From Candidatus Latescibacterota bacterium (GTDB taxonomy: Bacteria; Latescibacterota; UBA2968; UBA8231), in assembly GCA_965203175.1 (NCBI GenBank), contig OZ241867.1, positions 3,072,001-3,136,000 on the forward strand: a DNA stretch of 64,000 bases, in the 5' to 3' direction. Position numbers and translations under genes: made by a program. How positions within the stretch are numbered: position 1 is the first letter of the stretch; each line of letters begins with the position of its first letter. The notes under the pieces are model-generated. The model had not been told where the DNA came from. It made no database searches and saw only the letters and a list, made by a program, of their open reading frames with translations. Shown one piece after another: positions 46,750 to 56,600 of the stretch.

Positions 46750-48453
46750 ATGAATGACGCCCAGATTGATCCCATTGCGCTGGAAGTACTGTGGAACCGG
46801 CTCATTTCCATTGTCGATGAACAGGCCGCAGTGCTGATGCACGCCTCCTTTACCACGGTGGTGCGCGAGGCCGGCGATCTGTCGGCCGGAGTCTTCGACG
46901 CCGAGGGCAATATGCTGGCCCAAGCCGTGACCGGCACCCCCGGCCACATCAATACCATGGCCAATTGCGTCCGCGACTTTGTCCGCGCCCATCCACTCGC
47001 TTCCCTCGAGCCCGGCGACAGCCTGCTGACCAACGACCCCTGGCTGTGCTCGGGGCATCTGCACGATATTACGGTGGTGACGCCGGTGTTTTATCGGGGT
47101 CGCGGCATCGGTTGGTTCGCCAATACCTGCCACGCTATGGACATTGGCGGGCGCACCTTGGGGGCGGACGCCCGCGAAGTATTCGAAGAGGGCCTCCACA
47201 TCCCCATGATGAAGCTATTCCGCGGCGGACAGATCAACCGAGATTTGATCGCCATTGTCAAAGCCAACGTGCGCGAGCCGGACCAGGTGGTGGGGGATCT
47301 GTACGCCCAGCAGGCGGGCAATGACGTGGGGGCTGCCAAGCTGGTCGAGATGATGGAGGAGTGCGACCTCGACGATCTCGAGGAGCTGTCGGCGCTCATT
47401 CTCACTCGCACGGAAGAAGCCCTGCGCAGCGCCATTGCCAAAATTCCCGATGGGGTGTATCGCGACGAGGTGAGCATCGACGGTTTTGACGCGCCCTTGA
47501 CCATCCGCGCCAGCGTCGCCGTGCGGGGCAGCGATCTGCTGGTCGACTACGCCGGCACTTCGCCCCAGGTCGACCGGGGCATCAACGTGGTGTTCAACTA
47601 CACCCATGCGTACACCACGTATCCGTTGATCTGCGCCATTGGTCCGACCGTGCCCAACAACGAGGGCAGTTTTCGCCCGGTCGCGGTGAAGGCTCCCGAA
47701 GGCTCCATCCTCAACTGCACTTTTCCGGCCGCGGTGGGCGCGCGCCATCTGGTGGGCCACTTTCTCTCGCAGGTCATATTCGGGGCGCTGGCCCAAGCCC
47801 TGCCCGAGCGCGTCATCGCCGATGGTTCGGCCGGGTTGTGGAATAGTCAGTTTGAGGGCCGAGATCGGGATGGCCGGGTATTCGCCTATATCTTCTTTTC
47901 CGCCGGCGGCATGGGCGCTCGGCCCGGCGCTGACGGGCTTTCCGCTACGGCCTTCCCCAGCGGCATCCGCGGCGTGCCAGCCGAGGCCATCGAGGCCGTA
48001 TCGCCGATCCTCATGCACCGGCGGGTCCTGCGCCCCGACTCGGGCGGGGCTGGGAAATTCCGGGGTGGGCTGGGGCAGGAGATGGTCCTGGAGGTGCGCG
48101 GCGAGGGGCCGGCTTTGCACTCGTGCATGTACGACCGGACCATTCACCCGGCGAGGGGCTTCCACGGCGGCTTGGAAGGGGCCACAGGCGAGTTGTTTTT
48201 GCAGGAGGGGGAGCCGCTGCATCCCAAATCCAAGTACTTGCTGCGGCCCGGTGAATCGGTCACCCTGAGGCTGCCGGGTGGAGGTGGGTACGGGCCGGCT
48301 TGGCAGCGCGAGCCGCACAGGGTGCTGGAGGATGTGCGCCAGGAACTGGTTTCGGTCGAGGCGGCTAGGGCCCTGTACGGCGTGGTTATCGATACCGAGG
48401 CTTGGACTGTGGACGAAGCGGGTACCGCGGCTCTGCGCAGGGCCAAAGCCTAG
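46750..48453 (+). CDS. Hydantoinase B/5-oxoprolinase subunit B
   Basis: DPIALEVLWNRL, NDPW...HLHD, HAMDIGG, FEEGL, DSGGAGKFRGG, PGGGGYG. Confidence 0.93.
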   Translation: MNDAQIDPIALEVLWNRLISIVDEQAAVLMHASFTTVVREAGDLSAGVFDAEGNMLAQAVTGTPGHINTMANCVRDFVRAHPLASLEPGDSLLTNDPWLCSGHLHDITVVTPVFYRGRGIGWFANTCHAMDIGGRTLGADAREVFEEGLHIPMMKLFRGGQINRDLIAIVKANVREPDQVVGDLYAQQAGNDVGAAKLVEMMEECDLDDLEELSALILTRTEEALRSAIAKIPDGVYRDEVSIDGFDAPLTIRASVAVRGSDLLVDYAGTSPQVDRGINVVFNYTHAYTTYPLICAIGPTVPNNEGSFRPVAVKAPEGSILNCTFPAAVGARHLVGHFLSQVIFGALAQALPERVIADGSAGLWNSQFEGRDRDGRVFAYIFFSAGGMGARPGADGLSATAFPSGIRGVPAEAIEAVSPILMHRRVLRPDSGGAGKFRGGLGQEMVLEVRGEGPALHSCMYDRTIHPARGFHGGLEGATGELFLQEGEPLHPKSKYLLRPGESVTLRLPGGGGYGPAWQREPHRVLEDVRQELVSVEAARALYGVVIDTEAWTVDEAGTAALRRAKA

Positions 48454-48593
48454 CTCTTGGGTATTTCAAGGTGCCTAAGGTGCCTCACAGGCCCGCTGAA
48501 TAATTACCGTATTTGACCGCGTATCGCCATCGTGAGGACACCTCGGTGCGGCGCGACCCCCTCGTGGGCATAGGAGCGACCGCTGATCCACGG

Positions 48594-49520
48594 TCAGGAC
48601 GCGAACTCGTGTAGGTCCGCGATCCAGTTGTACCCCTCTCGGTCCTCCCACTTGTGGGCCCCTCCCATGACGAATGGTCGCTCACCCACCACACAGGCCG
48701 ACAGCCAGGCTTTGCCCACCGGCATGGGTGCGTCTTCGAACCAGCGGTCGGCCCGGATGTCGTAGATTTCGGTGGCCGCTGAGTAGTGCGGATCTTTGCC
48801 GCCGAAGGTGTAGAGCAGATCGCCCAGTACGCAGGAGCCGGACGATTCGCGTCCGGTAGGCACCGGTGCCAGCCCTTCCCAGCGGCCCACTGCTGGATCG
48901 AGCACATAGGTCTCGCTGCGGCAGGGCCGCTGTGGATCTTCGTCGCTGATGCCGCCGGTCAGGTAGATGCGGTCGTCGTGAGTCACTACGGTGGGGCCCT
49001 GCGTGGGGCGGGGTAGGGCTGGTCCCGGGACCCAAGTGTCGGTGGCGACATCGTACACTTCGACGCGGTCGAGGATGCGCTGGTCTTCGCGGAGCATGGT
49101 GTTGCCGCCGATAGCCCATATCTGGTCCTGGCAGGCGGTGACGGCTAGGCCAGCGCGGGGTCCGCCGGGCATGGGTGCCAGGGCCGACCAGGTCTGCTCG
49201 TCCAAGTCGAGCATTTCCAAGTTGTCGCGGGAAGTGAAATGGTAGTCGTGGCCGTAGGCTTTTTTCTCTTCAGGCGTGCGGATGGTTTTGCCGCCGGCCA
49301 CGTAGATCCTGCGGCCGATGCGGGCGGCGCCCAGCCATCCCCGTTTGGTGGGAATGGGCGGTCCTTGGGTCCAGGTGTCGCTGGCCACATCGTAGATTTC
49401 GACCGCATCGACCGTGAGATCGCCGGCGCCGGAAATGGCGTAGATGGTGCCGTCGACAGCAATGGACTGCAGATCGTGGCGGGGGGTGGGCATAGAGGCG
49501 CGTTGAATCCAAGTTCCCAT
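48594..49520 (-). CDS. Kelch-repeat protein (paralogue of 4990-5916)
   Basis: MPTPRHDLQ...IYAISGAGD; identical C-terminal GGAHKWEDREGYNWIADLHE; SD GGAG. Confidence 0.9.
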   Translation of the reverse strand: MGTWIQRASMPTPRHDLQSIAVDGTIYAISGAGDLTVDAVEIYDVASDTWTQGPPIPTKRGWLGAARIGRRIYVAGGKTIRTPEEKKAYGHDYHFTSRDNLEMLDLDEQTWSALAPMPGGPRAGLAVTACQDQIWAIGGNTMLREDQRILDRVEVYDVATDTWVPGPALPRPTQGPTVVTHDDRIYLTGGISDEDPQRPCRSETYVLDPAVGRWEGLAPVPTGRESSGSCVLGDLLYTFGGKDPHYSAATEIYDIRADRWFEDAPMPVGKAWLSACVVGERPFVMGGAHKWEDREGYNWIADLHEFAS

Positions 49521-49608
49521 GGTCAACTCCTAATGTTGGTTTGGTTCAGTGCGATGGTGCGGCCAATTCTGCCGGGAAACTGCTCTCCCGTCTGGCGTCC
49601 TCGGCCTC

Positions 49609-50595
49609 CTACCGAGCCAGCGGCAGCGCGATTTTTGCGTTGTTTTGCTGCTGCGATTGCAGGCAGGCAATCATCATCTCCACAACGGTCAGACCATCTC
49701 GGCCGGTACACGAAAGCTCGCTTTCGCCGTCGAGTGCGTGCACGAGTTCGTGCACACCCGCTGCGATTCCATCGACTTCCCACGGGCGCGGTTCAACCAA
49801 CTCTCGCTCTCCGCCTCGCTCGATGTACGCATCGCCTTCCCGCTCGATGAAAATATTCCCCGCGGTTCCCGATATGGTGAAGTCGAGTCGGTTGGGGGCT
49901 TTCTTTTCTCCGAGATAGATCCCGCGCACCCCATTGGCAAAGTGGATGTAGGCGTTGGCGCTCGGCTCGGTGGCGGGGTCGTGGCCGCCGTCGCCGCGAT
50001 ACTCGCTGTAGTCTTCGTACCCGTCCTCTAGCTCGGCGACGAGCCACTCTGGGTTACTGCCAGCATACCACATGATGGCGTCGAGCAGGTGGGTGCCGTT
50101 GCGGAACAACATCGAGCGCGTGCCGTAGTGCTCGCACAAGACCGATCGCACGTCGCCAATCTCGCCCGCGGTCACTAGTTCGTGGCAGCGATGCCAGACG
50201 GGCATCCAATGGCGCGTGTGGTCGACGGACAGCAGGGTGTTATGGCGTTCTGCGGCGGTCACCATGCGGTCGGCGTCCTCCACGCTGGTAGCTAGCGGTT
50301 TTTCGCAGAAAATCCCCTTGGCACCGGCTTCGGCCGCGGCCACTACTAGGTCGGCGTGCCGGTTGTCGCCGGTGGCCACTGTGACAATGTCGAGCTGTGC
50401 CTTTTCCAGCATCTCTCGGTAATCGTCGTACATCTTCAGCTCGGGACTAGTCGCCTTGAACTGCGCGGCGAATTCGTCGCGTTGCTCTGGCACGAGGTCG
50501 CAACCGGCCACGACCTCGGCATTTTCTATACTTTCGGCCCCTTGGGCGTGCCGATTGCCAATGCCCCTGCAGCCGATGACTCCTACTCTGTACAT
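49609..50595 (-). CDS. Gfo/Idh/MocA family oxidoreductase
   Basis: VGVIGCRGIG, CEKP, NGTHLLD; SD AAGGAGG. Confidence 0.92.
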   Translation of the reverse strand: MYRVGVIGCRGIGNRHAQGAESIENAEVVAGCDLVPEQRDEFAAQFKATSPELKMYDDYREMLEKAQLDIVTVATGDNRHADLVVAAAEAGAKGIFCEKPLATSVEDADRMVTAAERHNTLLSVDHTRHWMPVWHRCHELVTAGEIGDVRSVLCEHYGTRSMLFRNGTHLLDAIMWYAGSNPEWLVAELEDGYEDYSEYRGDGGHDPATEPSANAYIHFANGVRGIYLGEKKAPNRLDFTISGTAGNIFIEREGDAYIERGGERELVEPRPWEVDGIAAGVHELVHALDGESELSCTGRDGLTVVEMMIACLQSQQQNNAKIALPLAR

Positions 50596-50678
50596 GATGC
50601 CTCCTTGGATTAATTAGGAAATAGTATAGGGGAATTTCGCGGGTAGGAAAATTTTTGCTTGATATCTTGTTTGGAGGA

Positions 50679-50906
50679 TTGTGTAAGGTATCGCCGCCGA
50701 TGGTTTCGGGGCAGGTGCGGCTGGCGGACGGGTCGCCGGTGGCGGGCGCGCAGGTGGTGCTGCTTGACGTAGCCGATCTGGGTCGAGGGCCGATGGGTCA
50801 AGCCACCACGGACGAGGAGGGGCAGTTTGCTCTGCCGCTGGCCGCAAGTGGGGCCTTCGGGTTGCCGCAGGGTTTTGCGCTGGGGCCGAACTATCCCAAT
50901 CCATTT
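50679..50906 (+). pseudogene. Truncated N-terminal remnant of a secreted protein with a T9SS-type-A/FlgD-like LG.NYPNPF motif
   Basis: SD GGAGGA + TTG; VSGQVRLADGSPVAGAQV...ATTDEEGQF...LPQGFALGPNYPNPF, then abrupt switch to unrelated AT-richer sequence and a stop. Confidence 0.7.
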
Positions 50907-51173
50907 GGCAGTGTTCTCAATAACAACAAATCACTGGCATATCTCGCTAAGAGGGGGAGGTGAGTATATATACATACGCCCACTTCACTGACATCATAGA
51001 AACAGATTGCCGTGCCGTCGAGCGAAGAGGAGTGTTACTGGAATAAACAGCGTCGTTGACCCAAGGTAACAGCACAGCGCGTATTGCACCTATAGAACGG
51101 GCGGCGGCCCGGCATGGCCTACCTTTTGCTTGGAGAGGGCGAATGCGTACCTTTACCCAAGGAGAAATTTCTC

Positions 51174-51698
51174 ATGGCCGAACAGCCATCCCATCCGGTC
51201 CCGCCTACGGAATCCACGCTCGCCCTCAGCTTCCTGCGCGAGGATATCCAAGATGTGCGCCATGACGTGCGTCAGACCAACGAGCGCATGGACGCCCTGC
51301 GCACCGAACTGAGCGGGCGCATTGATGCCCTGCGCACTGAGACGAACGGTCGGATTGACGCCCTGCACACCGAGACGAACGAGCGTTTCGATCAGATGAA
51401 CAGTCGTTTTGATCAGATGAACGATCAGATGAACAGTCGTTTTGATCAGATGAACGATCAGACGAACGGTCGGATTGACGTCCTGCACACCGAGACGAAC
51501 GGTCGTTTCGATCAGATGAACGGTCGTTTCGATCAGATGAACGATCAGACGAACGAGCGTTTCGATCAGACGAACGGGCGCATTGACGAGTTAGGCAAAC
51601 AACTCGATTCGCGACACGCGCGGATGATGACCATGCTCATCGCCTGCACCGGCATCCTCGTCACCGCCCTAGGGACGGCCGTGGCAGTGCTCAAGTAA
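51174..51698 (+). CDS. Coiled-coil repeat protein with C-terminal transmembrane anchor (CCDC90/DUF1640-like)
   Basis: SD AAGGAG; 11- and 7-residue repeats RIDALRTETNG / RFDQMNS; hydrophobic C-terminus. Confidence 0.8.
   Translation: MAEQPSHPVPPTESTLALSFLREDIQDVRHDVRQTNERMDALRTELSGRIDALRTETNGRIDALHTETNERFDQMNSRFDQMNDQMNSRFDQMNDQTNGRIDVLHTETNGRFDQMNGRFDQMNDQTNERFDQTNGRIDELGKQLDSRHARMMTMLIACTGILVTALGTAVAVLK
51285..51590 (+). repeat. Intragenic tandem repeats of 33 and 21 nt
   Basis: Recurrent CGTTT(C/T)GATCAGATGAAC and CGGATTGACG(C/T)CCTGCACACCGAGACGAAC. Confidence 0.9.
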
Positions 51699-51745
51699 AG
51701 CCTCCGCTGAGGCGTGTTGCTGCGCTTGATTCTAAATCCTTAATT

Positions 51746-52450
51746 CTAAGATCGCACCGCGTAGAGCCTGTTTACTGCCGCTAGAGAAACCAGCTTTGAA
51801 TAGTGATACACCTGCTCGTCGCCTACGCGGGTCGGTGCTTCGAGGACGAAGTCGGCAAAGTGCGGCGCATTGAAGACCACAAAGGCCAGGGATAGGGCAT
51901 CGACGTGGCGGGCGTGGCGCTGGCTCAGGTCTGGGAAGGCCACCGGGCCGGTGTCCACTTGGTAGATATCGTTGGCGCGGTTGGTGTTCATGGTCTTGAC
52001 CGGGTATTCCATGATCGCCTGCAACCCGGTTTCCTCGTTCCGCACTTCGGTCTGTGCTACGATTGGCACTGAGTCGTAGGTCGCCTCGCGCACTGCCGCG
52101 TCGCTGGTCAGTTCCTCCACGTCGCTCCCGACAATCAGATGGTACTGTTGCCCGTCCCAACACTCCTCTGAGCGGCGGATCTCTCGATAGGTGTCGCGTA
52201 GGTTGGCGTGACGCCGATAGATGACTGACCACTCCGGGCCAAAGACGGGCAGAAAGTCGTAGTTGTCCTCGTGCAGGAGATTGTCTTTGGCAAAGGTGTG
52301 CTCGCTCTTGCACGACCCCACCTGCACGTAATCCTCGCTCTGGCCGGAGGCTGCGTCGATGATGCGCGTCCGCGACTCGACCCAAAATCGCACTTCGTTT
52401 TCCGGCTCGTTGCCGATTAAAAACGAGCGTCCGTAATCTAGTGGTGTCAC
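51746..52450 (-). CDS. Hypothetical protein (234 aa)
   Basis: SD AAAGGAG + GTG; typical coding bias; no family recognised. Confidence 0.7.
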   Translation of the reverse strand: MTPLDYGRSFLIGNEPENEVRFWVESRTRIIDAASGQSEDYVQVGSCKSEHTFAKDNLLHEDNYDFLPVFGPEWSVIYRRHANLRDTYREIRRSEECWDGQQYHLIVGSDVEELTSDAAVREATYDSVPIVAQTEVRNEETGLQAIMEYPVKTMNTNRANDIYQVDTGPVAFPDLSQRHARHVDALSLAFVVFNAPHFADFVLEAPTRVGDEQVYHYSKLVSLAAVNRLYAVRS

Positions 52451-52560
52451 AATAGTGTCTCCTTTGGAAGTTGGCTGAAAACGCCCGATGGCAAAAGTAT
52501 CCGCAGATAACGCAGATGAACGCAGAGGCGGGATGAAGGGATGGCCTCTACGGAGGAAGG

Positions 52561-52589
52561 TTGGGACGCGTGGAAAATAAAGCTACATT
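52561..52589 (+). promoter_or_regulatory. Candidate sigma70 promoter
   Basis: TTGGGA-N17-TACATT upstream of ATG 52621; same -10 as the aquaporin candidate. Confidence 0.4.
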
Positions 52590-52620
52590 AGAGCGACTTC
52601 AAGCAAGAGAAACGACTCCC

Positions 52621-53406
52621 ATGACCTTAAAAATCACCGACGATGTATTCTTAGATCAGGCCGGTCGTCCGCGCCGGATCCGCGGCGTCACTGTCAACAG
52701 CGCCTCGCCCCTGCTCGTCTCGCTGGCGGCGCAGGTTGGTTTTGAAGCGGTGTGGATCGAAAGCGAACACGGCCCGGTCGGCTTTGAGCGGGCTGAGACC
52801 TTGTGTTTGGCTGCGGAGGCCGGCGGCATTTTCCCGCTCATTCGCCTGCCCGATGGCGAGCGCCACCACGTGCTGCGGGCGCTCGAAATCGGGGCGCGGA
52901 TCATTCTCGTCCCCATGGTGGACGATGCGGCCTACGCGCGCCGCATCGTCGAGGTGGGCAAGTACCCGCCGTTGGGCCGGCGCGGCTTCAACGTGCGCAC
53001 GCGCGGCATGGGTTTTGGCATGGAAGACTTGCACGACGTCCTAGCCCGCGCCAATGCGCGTACCCACCTTTTTGTCCAGATCGAGACCGTGGAGGCCGTG
53101 GCGAATGTCGATGAAATACTCGCCGTGGAGGGCCTCTCTGGGATCTTCATGGGGCCAGGGGACCTAGCGGTCGATATGGGCTGCACCGGCCAAATGGGCG
53201 ATCCCCGTCTGCGCGAGGCCGTGCTCTCGTGCATAGACAAAGCAAGGGCCGCCGGCAAGCTGAGCGGCATCTTCACCTTGCCGGGGCCACTGCTTACCGC
53301 GGCGATGGACGCGGGCTGCGACTTGGTAATCTGCGGCGGGGACGTGATGAATCTGGGCGCGGCTTGGAGCGAATTGCTGTGCCAGATCCCGGCCGAGCGC
53401 GGGTGA
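52621..53406 (+). CDS. HpcH/HpaI aldolase family protein
   Basis: WIESEHG, LIRLP, YPPLGRRG, VQIET, GPGDL. Confidence 0.92.
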   Translation: MTLKITDDVFLDQAGRPRRIRGVTVNSASPLLVSLAAQVGFEAVWIESEHGPVGFERAETLCLAAEAGGIFPLIRLPDGERHHVLRALEIGARIILVPMVDDAAYARRIVEVGKYPPLGRRGFNVRTRGMGFGMEDLHDVLARANARTHLFVQIETVEAVANVDEILAVEGLSGIFMGPGDLAVDMGCTGQMGDPRLREAVLSCIDKARAAGKLSGIFTLPGPLLTAAMDAGCDLVICGGDVMNLGAAWSELLCQIPAERG

Positions 53407-53414
53407 AGGCGCGG

Positions 53415-54146
53415 TCAATCGGAGCGCACCGGCACGCCCTCCAACAATCCGCTCTGGTGCATGTCGACCCACTCGTCCATAAAGGTTTTGTTCCACTGCG
53501 CGGTCAGCGGGTGATCCATCATGTCGCGGTACACCGTCCACATGGTGACGAGTTCGTCGGCCCCGTCGCGGAAGGCGGCATGAGCGGTCTCTACCGAGCG
53601 GATGAGGGCGGCCATAATGAAGGGACGCTGCCCCCAGCCGCTGAACATCTGCGCGCATTCACGGATCAGCTTGGTCGGGTCGCCGCCCACTTCCTTGACC
53701 GGCTCGCAAAAAGGCAGGATGTGGTTAGCCCCGGCTTGGGCGACGGCTACAGCTTGCGTCAGCGAGAACACCGTGGTGCAGAAGGTCTCGACGCCTTGAT
53801 CCTTGAGGATGCTAAATGCCTTGAGTCCGTTGACGTTGCAGGGGATCTTGAGGATGATCTGTTCCGACATGTTGGTAAAAACTTGTCCGACTTCTAACAG
53901 CTCTTCAACGGAATGGCCGTCGATTTCCATTACCACGGGCTTGTCGGTGAGCTTGAGGTATTGCTCTATCAGGCTGATGACCGAGCCGTATTGTTTGGCG
54001 TACTGGTTGAGCACCACCGTATTGGTGACGATTCCGGCGATTCCGAGGGGCATCCACTCCTTTAGCTCATCGGGCGAGCCAGCCAGCCAGATGGTTGGGC
54101 CGCGGCCTTGGGCGCGGGCGGTGGGAACGGGTCCATTTGCTGCCAT
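53415..54146 (-). CDS. Transaldolase/fructose-6-phosphate aldolase family protein
   Basis: Schiff-base ILKIP motif, TTVFSLTQAV.VAQAGA, HPLT. Confidence 0.85.
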   Translation of the reverse strand: MAANGPVPTARAQGRGPTIWLAGSPDELKEWMPLGIAGIVTNTVVLNQYAKQYGSVISLIEQYLKLTDKPVVMEIDGHSVEELLEVGQVFTNMSEQIILKIPCNVNGLKAFSILKDQGVETFCTTVFSLTQAVAVAQAGANHILPFCEPVKEVGGDPTKLIRECAQMFSGWGQRPFIMAALIRSVETAHAAFRDGADELVTMWTVYRDMMDHPLTAQWNKTFMDEWVDMHQSGLLEGVPVRSD

Positions 54147-54242
54147 AATAGGTCTCCTGTGGTTTTACAATGGGCATTGACAGATGGGCGAATATAGAAA
54201 AATCGCGAGGCAAAAGCGAGTAGGTAAACGAGAGGATAACCT

Positions 54243-55421
54243 GTGAAATTCGACTACTTTTACGGCGGGCACGTCGCCATGGACGATTTGGGATTTGCCG
54301 GTCGGCCGGTGGACGAGCGGATCGAGGCGGACGAGCACCTCGCCTCGGTCTTTGCCGAAGCCCGCGCCATGGCGCAGTTGATGGACGCGGCCGGCTACGA
54401 CACCCTGTGGTTGGCCGAGCACCACTTCCAGCGCGAAGGCTACGGCGGTATCCCCAATATCCCGATGCTGGCCGTCTATCTGGCCCAGCACACGCAACGG
54501 CTTCACTTGGGCAGTATGTTCAACACTGTGCCGACGTGGCATCCGCTGCGGCTGGCTGAGGACTTTGCCCTCGCAGATATCCTCACCGAGGGCCGCTTCC
54601 GCTTTGGTATTGGCCGTGGCTACATCGGTCGCGAGTTGGCCACGTTGGGCGCGCCGCTCGAAGGTGATCCGGCCAACCGCGCCCTCTTTGAGGAGCAAGT
54701 CGAGATCCTCTTCAAGGCGTGGAACGAGCCGTCGTTTGCCCATTGCGGCCCGCACTACGAGCTGCCGGCTAAGGTCGCACATCGCCGAGATACGCTCGAA
54801 GAAATTACCCTAGTGCCGCGGCCGCGCAACCGGCCGGTCGAGTGCTGGCAGCCCATCTTCAGCGCCAATCCGCGCGGCATTGCGTTTATGATTAAGCACG
54901 GGATCAAGGGCGTGGTGCCCGGTGGTGGGAGGGCCGTGGAAATCGCCGAGCGCTGGCGCGACGAGTTGGCCCGTGCGGGCCGCGACGCCGAGATGTCCGT
55001 CGCCAGCATTGGCGACGCATTGGGCACAGGATTGGCCTTGGTGCTACAAGTCCACTTGGCCGACACCCAAGAGCAGGCGATCCGCGAGGCTGGGGTTTGG
55101 TTTGAGGAACAGCTCAAGGTACTGGCCCCCTTGGGCCGGATGCCGACGCTGACTGAGGCGCAAATCGCGGCTACGTACGACGGGGCGGCAGCAGTGCAGG
55201 CCGGCCTGCCGACGGTACGCGATTTGGTGCGCGAGGGCGCTTGGCTCTGCGGGCCGCCCGAATACGTGGCCGCCCGGCTCGCCGAAATCCAAGTGCAATT
55301 GCCCGGCTTGGAGCGCGTGACGATTGGCGCTGGGGCGCTGGGCATCCCACCGGAGGCGATCCGGCAAACCATTGAGTGGTTTGGCCGCGACGTGTTGCCA
55401 CAATTTGAGGAGGCATCGTGA
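54243..55421 (+). CDS. LLM-class flavin-dependent oxidoreductase
   Basis: WLAEHHF, WHPLRLAEDFALADILTEGR..FGIGRG. Confidence 0.92.
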   Translation: MKFDYFYGGHVAMDDLGFAGRPVDERIEADEHLASVFAEARAMAQLMDAAGYDTLWLAEHHFQREGYGGIPNIPMLAVYLAQHTQRLHLGSMFNTVPTWHPLRLAEDFALADILTEGRFRFGIGRGYIGRELATLGAPLEGDPANRALFEEQVEILFKAWNEPSFAHCGPHYELPAKVAHRRDTLEEITLVPRPRNRPVECWQPIFSANPRGIAFMIKHGIKGVVPGGGRAVEIAERWRDELARAGRDAEMSVASIGDALGTGLALVLQVHLADTQEQAIREAGVWFEEQLKVLAPLGRMPTLTEAQIAATYDGAAAVQAGLPTVRDLVREGAWLCGPPEYVAARLAEIQVQLPGLERVTIGAGALGIPPEAIRQTIEWFGRDVLPQFEEAS

Positions 55422-56587
55422 AAACCAATCAGACCAAGGCCGCCCTGCTCGGGGGAGTGACCGTAGAGATAGTCGAAATCAACCGGATCTTCGACCCGGT
55501 CGTAGTCGAGCTCGCGGCCCAAGCGGGCTTTGGCTGCGTCTGGATCGACATGGAGCATTCCCATCTCGGTCTAGACAAGCTGTCGCAGCTGATTTTGGCG
55601 GCGCGGGCCACAGGAGTCGATACAGTGGTCCGCATTCCCAAAGGGCCGTACAACCAAGTAATTAAGCCGCTGGAGTTGGGGGCCGGGGGATTGGTTTGGC
55701 CCCACTGCAAGAGCGCGGACGAAGCGCGGGCCTTCGTGCAGATGGCCAAGTTTCGGCCGCTGGGCTTGCGCGGCTTGGGTTGTGGCCGGGATTCGGACTA
55801 CGGTACGCTGGACTCCACTGAGTACATGGGCAAGGCCGATGCCGAGACTATACTGGGCGTGATGATCGAAGACGCCGAGGGCGTGGAAGAAGTGGAAGCG
55901 ATTGCCGCAATCGAAGGGATCGACTTGCTCTTTGTGGGACCGAGCGACTTAGCGCACAGCTACGGCGTCGAGCGCGAAGGAGTCCCCCACATAGACCACG
56001 AGCGCGTGCTGGCGGCCTTTGATCGCGTGGGGGCAGCTTGCGCGGCCAACGGCAAGGCCATGGGTACGGCCGTCGGCCCGGGCGAGTCCATGCGCCGCGT
56101 GGTCGCCAAAGGCACGCGCTGGCTCAATTGCTGCCACGACATGTCAGCCCTCACCAGCGGCTTGCGCAGCGCGCGGCAAGCGACCATTGGGGCGAAGCAA
56201 CGCACGATCACCCAGCAGTTGTTGGAATTGTATCACAGGGGAGAGTTGGATCTGGGCGACGTATCCGGCACAGCCAAGCGGCACGACTTTAGCCGGAGCA
56301 TGGTCAATCACTTGGCAAGCTTTGCTCAGCACAAGGCAAAGTGCGTCGAAGCCTTGCCCGAGATGGCTCCGTTAGTCGAGCGCATAGAGCAAGCCCTCGT
56401 GGATGGACGGCGGGGCTTGGCGTTGACCGATGCCTATTACGTCTGCTTGGCGGTGCAAAATCTGCCCAAAGAGCGTTGGCTAGAAGCGCTGCAAGCGACG
56501 TTTGACCGTTGGGAGCACGCCGACCAAGGTTCTTTTAAGGCGTTCTTTGACGAGGTTAAAGAACGTCTGCAGGCCGAGCAGGGCTAG
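55418..56587 (+). CDS. HpcH/HpaI aldolase with ~130-aa C-terminal extension
   Basis: WIDMEH, VRIP, FRPLGLRG, MIED, GPSDL; GTGA overlap with upstream gene. Confidence 0.85.
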   Translation: MKTNQTKAALLGGVTVEIVEINRIFDPVVVELAAQAGFGCVWIDMEHSHLGLDKLSQLILAARATGVDTVVRIPKGPYNQVIKPLELGAGGLVWPHCKSADEARAFVQMAKFRPLGLRGLGCGRDSDYGTLDSTEYMGKADAETILGVMIEDAEGVEEVEAIAAIEGIDLLFVGPSDLAHSYGVEREGVPHIDHERVLAAFDRVGAACAANGKAMGTAVGPGESMRRVVAKGTRWLNCCHDMSALTSGLRSARQATIGAKQRTITQQLLELYHRGELDLGDVSGTAKRHDFSRSMVNHLASFAQHKAKCVEALPEMAPLVERIEQALVDGRRGLALTDAYYVCLAVQNLPKERWLEALQATFDRWEHADQGSFKAFFDEVKERLQAEQG

Positions 56588-56600
56588 CACCGGCCCTAAG

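Noticed and set aside
47215-48318. Long antisense ORFs (also 11234-12085, 14571-15341, 45279-46022, 54755-55564)
   Set aside because: Shadow frames of well-supported GC-rich genes with no recognisable motifs
48468-48485. AAGGTGCCT tandem dimer
   Set aside because: Only two copies; no further structure
50960-51046. 28-aa ORF overlapping the pseudogene frame stop
   Set aside because: No recognisable family and poor SD spacing
51285-51590. Repeat array as possible CRISPR
   Set aside because: No unique spacers; units are in-frame multiples of 3 inside a coiled-coil CDS; no cas genes
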